Notes under the pieces: generated by a model
What the model was told of the DNA's origin: nothing
Seen by the model: only the letters and a program-made list of their open reading frames with translations
Databases searched by the model: none
Part shown: positions 42,947-50,553 of the stretch, one piece after another
How positions within the stretch are numbered: the stretch's first letter is position 1
How the letters are laid out: each line of letters starts with the position of its first letter
Made by a program: the position numbers and the translations under genes
From: Sulfurovum sp.
GTDB lineage: Bacteria; Campylobacterota; Campylobacteria; Campylobacterales; Sulfurovaceae
Length of the DNA: 64,000 nt
Assembly (NCBI GenBank): GCA_027063305.1
Contig: JAMORY010000014.1
Coordinates: forward strand, 47,840-111,839
Direction of reading: 5' to 3'

Positions 42947-43903
42947 TTAACGCTTCTTAACCAAACGCATCAAAACCGCCTGAAGCCTTCGCCACTGCTT
43001 GATCTCTATCGCAGGGAAGCCGGCATAGGTCTTACCGCCCTCCAAAGACTTGGTCACGCCGCCCTTTCCTGCAATGGTAGCGAAAGCTCCGATCTCCAAG
43101 TGTCCTGCGGTGGCACTCTGTCCACCCATGACCACATTACGTCCAAGTGTAGATGAACCGGCAAGTCCGACCTGTGCCGCCATGAGTGTATGCTCCCCTA
43201 CCTCACAGTTATGTGCGACCTGAATGAGGTTGTCCATCTTCGTTCCTTTACGGATATGCGTTGCACCGAACACCGCACGGTCAATGGCACAGTTAGCACC
43301 GATCTCGACATGGTCTTCTATAATGACATGACCGTTCTGATAGATCTTCACGTGTTCGCCTTGCTTTGTATGGGCAAAACCGTACCCGTCACACCCAATG
43401 ACCGTACCGCTGTGAATGATACATTCGCTTCCTACTTTCGTGCCGTGGTAGAGTGTGACATTGGGGTGAAGCAGTGTGTTATCGCCTACAACCACATCAT
43501 CACCTAAATAGCATCCTGCCATGATGGTGACATTCTCACCCAACACGACATTGTTGCCAAAACGAACCGAGTCGGCAACTTGACACCCCTCACCCATCCA
43601 TGGTGTTCCCTCTTCAACCGTAAGCGGATGGGCAAAAAGCTTGGAGGCTTCGGCAAGCTTCAAGTACGCCTCATCGGTAATGAGCGCCACCGTTGTCTCG
43701 GGTAAAAACTTGGCATTGGCTTCATCGACCAGTACCGCTGCCGCTTTGGTCGTAGGAAGCTGCGAGAGGTATTTGGCATCGTTAAAAAAACTGAGCTGAG
43801 AAGGTGTTGCTTCTAAGAGTGTATGGATACCCTCTATCTCGATATCGGTACCGTTAAATTCAAGGTTGAGTTCTTTTGCGATCTGGGAGAGTTTGTAAGT
43901 CAT
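42947..43903 (-). CDS. lpxD: UDP-3-O-acylglucosamine N-acyltransferase
   Basis: Hexapeptide repeats; IGCDGYGFA; IDRAVFG; MDNLIQVAHNC. Confidence 0.96.
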   Translation of the reverse strand: MTYKLSQIAKELNLEFNGTDIEIEGIHTLLEATPSQLSFFNDAKYLSQLPTTKAAAVLVDEANAKFLPETTVALITDEAYLKLAEASKLFAHPLTVEEGTPWMGEGCQVADSVRFGNNVVLGENVTIMAGCYLGDDVVVGDNTLLHPNVTLYHGTKVGSECIIHSGTVIGCDGYGFAHTKQGEHVKIYQNGHVIIEDHVEIGANCAIDRAVFGATHIRKGTKMDNLIQVAHNCEVGEHTLMAAQVGLAGSSTLGRNVVMGGQSATAGHLEIGAFATIAGKGGVTKSLEGGKTYAGFPAIEIKQWRRLQAVLMRLVKKR

Positions 43904-43915
43904 AGGTCATCCTTT

Positions 43916-44005
43916 GGGCTTCGGCAGGTCAGCCACCAAAATATCATGGAAAATAAAAAAGAAACTCAAGAAACATATATAATGTTCCCTGAGCCTGTCG
44001 AAGGG
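43916..44005. repeat. REPIN-like inverted pair (CTTCGACAGGCTCAG type)
   Basis: GGGCTTCGGCAGG-TCAGCCACC ... TTCCCTGAGCCTGTCGAAGGG; arms are imperfect reverse complements. Confidence 0.6.
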
Positions 44006-44009
44006 AAAC

Positions 44010-44489
44010 TTATCTTTCGATCGCCACAACACCGCCGCGAACGATCTCGCACGGATTGTAACGCTGTGCCGCTTCGATGAAGTGTTTCACACGTTTAGGC
44101 TCGTCCGCTACTTGTGCAACAACCATCTCTTTGCCGACATTGACGATACCGCCGTTATAAGCAGCTGCCAGTGCGGCAATGTCACTGAGGTTCTCGGCAA
44201 TAGGGAACTTCACCAGTACCATCTCTTTTTCGACCATCTCTTCATGCTCAATGACCTTATAGACAGGAATGAGCTTGTGCAGCTGCTTGGTGATCTGCTC
44301 CATCACTCTGGCGTTCCCTTTTGTCTCAATGGTAATGTGCGACATATCCGAGTTGGGGATAGGGGCAACGGTCAGAGACTCGATGTTATACCCACGACCG
44401 GCAAAGAGTGCGGTAACACGTGCAAGTACGGAACTCTCATTCATCACCACAACGGAGATGACACGTCTTTCATTGGTTGTATTAGGCAT
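44010..44489 (-). CDS. ilvH: Acetolactate synthase small (regulatory) subunit
   Basis: VLARVTALFAGRGYNIESLTV; QITKQLHKLIPV. Confidence 0.95.
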   Translation of the reverse strand: MPNTTNERRVISVVVMNESSVLARVTALFAGRGYNIESLTVAPIPNSDMSHITIETKGNARVMEQITKQLHKLIPVYKVIEHEEMVEKEMVLVKFPIAENLSDIAALAAAYNGGIVNVGKEMVVAQVADEPKRVKHFIEAAQRYNPCEIVRGGVVAIER

Positions 44490-46198
44490 TACTTCTCCTC
44501 CCCGTTATTTTCGATCTTCGGCGGCAGCATCATGTTAAAGAGCGCTCCGCCCGCCGGTACCATCGGTAGTACGTTCTCAAAACGGTTGACCGCAACGTTC
44601 ATGAAACAGACCTTGTCCTTTTCTATGGCATCTTTGAGTGCCGCATCGAACTCCTCTTTGGTCGTCACATCATACCCGATCCCGCCACACGCTTCTACCA
44701 GCATCTTCCAGTTTGGCTGGAATGTCAGATCGGTCTCGGAGTAGCGCTTCTCATAAAAAAAGGTCTGCCACTGGCGTACCATACCAAGGAAGTGGTTGTT
44801 CAAAATAACGTTGATGACCGGCGTTTTGTACTCAGCTGCCGTTACCAGCTCTTGGACGTTCATCAATATAGAACCGTCTCCGGTAATGTTGATAACGGTC
44901 TTTTCGGGACAAGCACGCTTCGCACCGATCGCGGCAGGAAGTCCGAACCCCATCGTTCCAAGACCACCGGAGTTGATCCACTGGCGAGGTCTGTCGAACG
45001 GATAGTGCTGTGCCGCCCACATTTGGTGTTGACCGACATCCGAAGTGATGATCGCCTGTTCACCGACTAATTCACCGATACGTTCGATCGCCCACTGCGG
45101 TTTAATGACCTCATCGCTGTCTTCATACGATTGCGGGTGAAGTTCATCATAGCGCTTCAAGATCTCTCTCCATGCCTGATAACGGTCGGGGTTGACACCT
45201 TCAAGGAGCGGGATCATCTTCTCAAGCACTTGTGTGATGTCGCCAACGATCGGATAATCGACATCGACAAGTTTGGAGATGTTCGCAGGATCGATATCAA
45301 CATGGATCACATCGGCATACTTGGCGAACTCACTCAATTTTCCCGTTACACGGTCATCAAAACGCGCACCAAGGGAGATGACAAGGTCGGTCTCGCTCAT
45401 CGCCATGTTCGAAGCATAGTTCCCGTGCATTCCAAGCATCCCAAGAAGCAATGGGTTCTTCGCACCCATGACACCCCTTGCCATCAATGTCTCAACTGCC
45501 GGGATCTGGGTTTTCTCAGCCAATTCTCTTACCAGTTTGTAGGCATTGGAGGCAACCACACCACCCCCAAGATAGAGAAGCGGTTTTTTCGCTTTCTTGA
45601 TCGCTTCGACCGCCTTTTCGATCTGACGGTTATTCCCTTTGTAGGTCGGTTTGTAGGTTGGGATATTCACACTCTCAGGGTACTTGAACTCACCGATCTC
45701 CACAGTAATATCTTTAGGGATATCGACCAGTACGGGACCTGGTCTTCCTGTTCTAGCAAGATAGAACGCCTCTTTAAGAATACGCGGAAGCTCTTCAAGC
45801 GAGCGTACGAGGAAGTTGTGCTTCGTACACGGTCTTGAGATACCTACCGCATCGATCTCCTGAAACCCGTCCGTTCCGATAAGTGAAAGCGGTACCTGCC
45901 CCGAGATGACCACCATGGGGATGGAGTCCATGTAAGCGGTCGCCAATCCTGTCACCGCATTGGTAAAGCCCGGTCCCGATGTGACCATCGCCACGCCTAC
46001 TTCACCTGTTGCTCTTGCATATCCGTCAGCCGCGTGTACGGCCGCTTGTTCATGACGGTTAAGAATATGTTCAAAACCGTTCTGCTTATAAATTTCATCG
46101 TAAACGTGCATGATCGCTCCGCCGGGGTAACCGAAAACGGTCTTCACACCCTCGGCGATAATCGCCTCACACACCATCTGTGCACCACTCATCTGCAT
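44489..46198 (-). CDS. ilvB: Acetolactate synthase large subunit
   Basis: FGYPGGA; RHEQAAVHAADGYAR; GDGS TPP motif; LGMVRQWQ. Confidence 0.96.
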   Translation of the reverse strand: MQMSGAQMVCEAIIAEGVKTVFGYPGGAIMHVYDEIYKQNGFEHILNRHEQAAVHAADGYARATGEVGVAMVTSGPGFTNAVTGLATAYMDSIPMVVISGQVPLSLIGTDGFQEIDAVGISRPCTKHNFLVRSLEELPRILKEAFYLARTGRPGPVLVDIPKDITVEIGEFKYPESVNIPTYKPTYKGNNRQIEKAVEAIKKAKKPLLYLGGGVVASNAYKLVRELAEKTQIPAVETLMARGVMGAKNPLLLGMLGMHGNYASNMAMSETDLVISLGARFDDRVTGKLSEFAKYADVIHVDIDPANISKLVDVDYPIVGDITQVLEKMIPLLEGVNPDRYQAWREILKRYDELHPQSYEDSDEVIKPQWAIERIGELVGEQAIITSDVGQHQMWAAQHYPFDRPRQWINSGGLGTMGFGLPAAIGAKRACPEKTVINITGDGSILMNVQELVTAAEYKTPVINVILNNHFLGMVRQWQTFFYEKRYSETDLTFQPNWKMLVEACGGIGYDVTTKEEFDAALKDAIEKDKVCFMNVAVNRFENVLPMVPAGGALFNMMLPPKIENNGEEK

Positions 46199-46278
46199 GA
46201 TCACACACTCCATTGTATTTTAATTTTAACCCCGATTATAGCAAAAAATTATTAGAGTGGGACGTTAACATCTTAAAT

Positions 46279-46295
46279 AGGAGTAATTTTCTCCT
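46279..46295 (-). terminator. Hairpin directly after caspase-gene stop
   Basis: AGGAG-AAAATTA-CTCCT on minus; short stem. Confidence 0.35.
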
Positions 46296-47051
46296 TTATT
46301 GTACCTCTTTGGGTACGATCACTGCCGGTATTTGTGCTCGCTTTGCCATGCGTCGGTTCAGACATATTTGAAGTGAGGATATATTAAGCTGTTTAGTTGA
46401 ACATACAGCCAGAACCGGTGCGAATATGCCACTTTGTGCCTCTGTAATGGAAGAAGCGATGTAGATCAAATGTCGGTAGGGATACCCCCTGTTCTCCGTT
46501 AGCAAGAATGGTGTTAAAGGCTCTTTCCCCTCCGCACCCCGCACGGTCGTCTCGGCAAAACAGGCATCGAATACCACCACGCCTTCTGTTATCTTCACAT
46601 CAATACGCTCAAGGATCGGTCGTAGATCACGTTTACCTATGATAACGCTCTTAGAGATATCCGCAGGTGAAAAGTCATAAGGCAAAAGCGCACCGGAATC
46701 TCGCATCCACTCCGTCAGCCCCGCCTCTTGGAAACGTGCACTGTAGAGTGGATCGTAAAGGCTACTTCCATGACCCGAAAAGAAAAAAAAGAAGCGATCA
46801 CCCTTTTTGATATGCGTAGCGATATGAGAGAGTTTCTGCAAAACAGCCTCTTTTGTTGCCAGCGCATTATGCAATATATCGATCTTTGTCGCACCCCACT
46901 TTCGGGCTATCTCCCGATAGTAACGCTGCTCCTGTTCCATTTTGGAAGGCCCCTGTATATGCGCATACTTCCCAACGGTCACGATCAAAGCATAGCTTTG
47001 CGATGCCAAAACTATTTTCCCTAGCACAAAAAGCCATACGAAAAGACGCAT
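46296..47051 (-). CDS. Caspase-family (peptidase C14) protease with signal-peptide-like N-terminus
   Basis: YALIVTVGKY; ATKEAVL; FFFFFSGHGS (catalytic His); VVVFDACF (catalytic Cys); N-terminus MRLFVWLFVLGKIVLA. Confidence 0.85.
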   Translation of the reverse strand: MRLFVWLFVLGKIVLASQSYALIVTVGKYAHIQGPSKMEQEQRYYREIARKWGATKIDILHNALATKEAVLQKLSHIATHIKKGDRFFFFFSGHGSSLYDPLYSARFQEAGLTEWMRDSGALLPYDFSPADISKSVIIGKRDLRPILERIDVKITEGVVVFDACFAETTVRGAEGKEPLTPFLLTENRGYPYRHLIYIASSITEAQSGIFAPVLAVCSTKQLNISSLQICLNRRMAKRAQIPAVIVPKEVQ

Positions 47052-47052
47052 T

Positions 47053-47763
47053 CTATCTCTCCTCCTTATACTTTAGCAGGTATATCGCAATGTCATAACG
47101 CAAAAGCTTTTTATACTCCTCGATCCCCTCTCTTACTTCACGTGCCTCTCGATGGGCCAACTGCATCAAACGGTAGTTCAGTACGATCTGCTGCTGCATA
47201 CGCAATTTGGTATCCTTGGTATGACGGATCGTGATCTGGGCTTTTTTGTAGTAGATACGTGCCTGTTCGAATGCACCTTGTGCTGCCAACCTCATCGCTT
47301 TGGCATAATAAGGCACACCATCCATCGATGTACGCTTCACGATGTTTTGAAGTGCCGTATCCATATCTATCTGTTCGGAGGCAGGCACATTTACCGGTGC
47401 TGACTTATAGCCCGAATCCATCCAAACCTGTGCAAAGGAGTATTTTCCAAGAGAGAGGTCACTCTCTTTACCAAGCGGTACTACGAACAAGAAAAGCAAA
47501 GATGCGGCCAATGCCAATGCCGCTCCTGCCAATGCCTTCAAGGAGACATTACGTAAATAAGGTCTTTTTGACTTTGTCTCAAGCGATACATAACGTTGCA
47601 TACAGGCCTCACACTCCAATAGATGAGAGAACACCTTCTCTTTCTCCTTTGGCAAAAGGCTCTGCTTACGAAGTGCCTCTAAAGCGGCAGGTTTTAAATG
47701 TTGCTCCTCTTCTATAGTGACAGGCTCCATCAATCGCTCGATATAGCGTAGATCTTCTTTCAT
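47053..47763 (-). CDS. Putative transmembrane anti-sigma factor (zf-HC2/ZAS)
   Basis: HLLECEAC = HxxxCxxC; [21 protein letters not shown]; TPR-like external helix pair; ATGA overlap with the sigma-like gene. Confidence 0.72.
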   Translation of the reverse strand: MKEDLRYIERLMEPVTIEEEQHLKPAALEALRKQSLLPKEKEKVFSHLLECEACMQRYVSLETKSKRPYLRNVSLKALAGAALALAASLLFLFVVPLGKESDLSLGKYSFAQVWMDSGYKSAPVNVPASEQIDMDTALQNIVKRTSMDGVPYYAKAMRLAAQGAFEQARIYYKKAQITIRHTKDTKLRMQQQIVLNYRLMQLAHREAREVREGIEEYKKLLRYDIAIYLLKYKEER

Positions 47764-48971
47764 GATATTCTCTTTAGTTTTTTCTTGGCATTCTCTATTT
47801 TTTTATCTATCTGCTTGGCTGTTCTACCGAATATCACACCGATCTCCTTTGCACTCAAGGGTTCGCTATAGACCAATTTCAGATAGATCTCTTTTTTTGC
47901 ATCATCCATATATTCACTATACGAATACGACTGTAGTTTCTCCCTCTCTTTGGAGAGCTTTTTTGAGATGGATGCTTTGATGCTCGGAACATCCAATGCA
48001 GACATTTGAGGCGTGTCATCTTTAAGGTCGTACCGTGTTTTTAGCTGAACATAGAACTTCTCCTCACTACTTAGGCATGAGAGTAACTTATCATCCCGGT
48101 AGTCAAGACGTGCAATGACCTCCAGAAACTCGGCATTTTCAAGCCTAAAGCCATATTTTAGCTTGTAGATCAGCTGCTGTTCATCATTAAGCGGTGTAAG
48201 CAAAGTGATATCTTCCGCATCTTGCTCCTCTACTGCTTCACAGACTTCAGGTTCATCCAATATCTCCTTGCTATAAGTACTGCTACGGGTAAAATCGATA
48301 AGCCTGTTCTTTAATGCACGGGAGATATAGACACTAAACTTCTCACACCCGATAAGCTCTTCGAAGATATAAGGTTCAAGCTGCTTAACTTTCGATCCAT
48401 CATAAGCAACACATGCTTTAACCAGCACTTCCAATACCAAAGGAACATCATAGAAACGATACCCAAGCGCATGGTGCAAGGTGTGTGCATGATGATACGG
48501 ATCGAAGAAAAAGAGTGCGTTCTCGACGATCGCAGCCGCTTTTTCAGGCACGGTAGCGGTTTGTGTATAGCGTCGTCGTATTTTATTGTAAAAGTGGATC
48601 GCACTCTCCTCTTTGTTCATACACACCTCATCTTGAAGCATTGCGCGTACTTGTGTAAAGAGTGCGGATTCCTGTGAAACATCAAACGCTTCTATCTGCT
48701 GAGGGAGTCGTGAGAGAAGGTAGTCCGTACAGGCATCTCGCTTACTGTAACAACTTCGGCATACCTGTATACTTTTTTGCTCGGCAAAAGTGTAGTAGAG
48801 CACCCAGAAGCGATTCTTCTCTACACGGTTATAGGCTTGTATGCATTGAACGAGTGACGCTTCGTCACTATTGTCCACACAGTGCACTTCACAGCGTTCT
48901 TGTGTCGTTTTGAACAGTGCTTTGCAGTGTATTCGACATAATTGCTGTAGTAAAGAACTTTTCTCTTTCAT
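47760..48971 (-). CDS. Atypical sigma-70/ECF-like factor with Cys/His-rich N-terminal extension
   Basis: Region-2-like FSVYISRALKNRLIDFTRS; region-4 HTH EIYLKLVYSEPLSAKEIGVIFGRTAKQIDKKIENAKKKLK; adjacent to a ZAS gene. Confidence 0.62.
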   Translation of the reverse strand: MKEKSSLLQQLCRIHCKALFKTTQERCEVHCVDNSDEASLVQCIQAYNRVEKNRFWVLYYTFAEQKSIQVCRSCYSKRDACTDYLLSRLPQQIEAFDVSQESALFTQVRAMLQDEVCMNKEESAIHFYNKIRRRYTQTATVPEKAAAIVENALFFFDPYHHAHTLHHALGYRFYDVPLVLEVLVKACVAYDGSKVKQLEPYIFEELIGCEKFSVYISRALKNRLIDFTRSSTYSKEILDEPEVCEAVEEQDAEDITLLTPLNDEQQLIYKLKYGFRLENAEFLEVIARLDYRDDKLLSCLSSEEKFYVQLKTRYDLKDDTPQMSALDVPSIKASISKKLSKEREKLQSYSYSEYMDDAKKEIYLKLVYSEPLSAKEIGVIFGRTAKQIDKKIENAKKKLKRIS

Positions 48972-48995
48972 TACTCCTCCCGTTATGAGGAGTAA
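48971..48995 (-). promoter_or_regulatory. RBS-occluding hairpin of sigma-like gene
   Basis: Minus: TTACTCCTC-ATAACGG-GAGGAGTAA; the 3' arm holds the SD and the A of ATG. Confidence 0.6.
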
Positions 48996-49022
48996 TTATA
49001 ATTGATTTATCGTTACACTTTC

Positions 49023-49581
49023 CTACTTCTTCTTCAAAAGTGTCACGAAACGCGGATCCATAATAATGTCGTTGATAAGTTTTCGTACCGCTATAGGAAG
49101 TGTTGTGCGCATCTTATAGCAGGCAGCATCGGCAGAGAAACTCGAACTGTACTCATAGCGCGAACGTACTCTGAAGCTTTTACCGTTAAAAGATCTTACC
49201 GTAATATCGAACTCCCAGTAGGCATCTCCTAACGTGGTACTGCTTTTAACACTGTTCAAGTTTGCAGAGATGATTGTTTTAGGGTCATGGCTGAACATAC
49301 CCGAGACAATAAGCTCTTTTCTAAACGCGTTCTTGATATAGTCTGCAAAACTCTCTCCGTTCGGTGTCTCCATCGGGGTACTCAGACGACAGGTCAAGGC
49401 ATTGCCGCTATTACTGGAGTCGGTAAAAGTACCGATTCCCACACTTTGACTATGTGCCAACAACCCCCCGTAGAACCTGCACGTTGTCCGAAGAGACCGA
49501 ATAACGTTGCATCTTCTGTGCACACCCACTCAAACCTACCATAACTGCCAATGCCGCAAAGGCTATTGTAAATCGTTTCAT
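49023..49581 (-). pseudogene. Lipoprotein frameshifted in a G6 tract (phase-variable, pseudogene or assembly error)
   Basis: ATG 49581 gives MKRFTIAFAALAVMVGLSGC (lipobox)...VLRGVVGT* (TAG 49450-52); deleting one G of the tract at 49464-49469 joins it to the 49023-49529 frame, giving 185 aa. Confidence 0.75.
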
Positions 49582-49671
49582 TCTTTGTTTCCTTTACTAT
49601 CGTAAATATGCAATACGCTTGTATTGCTTACCCTCTATACGAAGTAAAAAAAACATTCCCCCCCTATTTTT

Positions 49672-50553
49672 TCAATATTTCCAAGGATGTTCTCTTATTT
49701 TTATCGCTTTTTGACGATAATATGCCGCTTTTTTCTCATCTACTTCACCTGCCATCCCTAAAAGAGAGAACGCCTCCATCCATATACAAGATACCCAATC
49801 GTTCATCTTGCACCCTTGTTCTAAATAGTATCTGGCTTGATGATAGGCAATGGATGTATCGCGCCCCTGCAAGTAGAGTATTCCTACCTCGGCACAAGCA
49901 CCGGCATAGCCCTTTTTACATGCTTTTCCATAGTAGCGTGCTCTTACAACATTGTTTTGAGCAAGTCTCCCCAGATAGAAACACCCTCGTCCTTCTCCTA
50001 AACGGCATGCATGCTCTAGGTAATGATATGCTTTAGCAAGGTCTCTTTCTTTTCCTGTCATACCGATAAAATAATGCTTCCCTACAATAAGACAATCTTT
50101 GGCACTTCCTTTTTTACATGCATGCTCCTGACGACCTGTTTGCGATACGATACGATGATGCATCTCATCCTCAAACTCCCGCTGTGTTCGGATATAGTCT
50201 CCTCTAGGAGACTCTCCTGTAAGCTCTTTTCCCATACTCTCAACCGTGCTTTTTTGACCATTTGCCTTACGCTTTAAACGTACCTCTTCCTCTTTTGAAG
50301 GATCAATGTCGGAATGTTCAAGCTCCAAAGGCAAACCTACTTTTTTTGCCATAGTATTCCATACATGCACCTGCTCTTCAAGCGGCCTGTCTGCAATATC
50401 TTCAAAGTTGAACACCTCTCCTGATGGAAGCTTCATCTCGAACTTGCCGTTTTGCTCATAGATCAACTTCGCTATACCGAAGTTCACCCCGCCAAGCTCT
50501 CCTCGACCCCATGCCAACATACAGCAAAATGCCAGTAGCACCACCTGATTCAC
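49672..50553 (-). CDS. Exported Sel1-like (Hcp-type Cys-paired) repeat protein
   Basis: Signal-like N-terminus; CKKG...C..VG..Y..G...ERDLAKAYHYLEHACRLG..RGC repeats; GTGA overlap with the CHAT gene. Confidence 0.8.
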   Translation of the reverse strand: MNQVVLLAFCCMLAWGRGELGGVNFGIAKLIYEQNGKFEMKLPSGEVFNFEDIADRPLEEQVHVWNTMAKKVGLPLELEHSDIDPSKEEEVRLKRKANGQKSTVESMGKELTGESPRGDYIRTQREFEDEMHHRIVSQTGRQEHACKKGSAKDCLIVGKHYFIGMTGKERDLAKAYHYLEHACRLGEGRGCFYLGRLAQNNVVRARYYGKACKKGYAGACAEVGILYLQGRDTSIAYHQARYYLEQGCKMNDWVSCIWMEAFSLLGMAGEVDEKKAAYYRQKAIKIREHPWKY

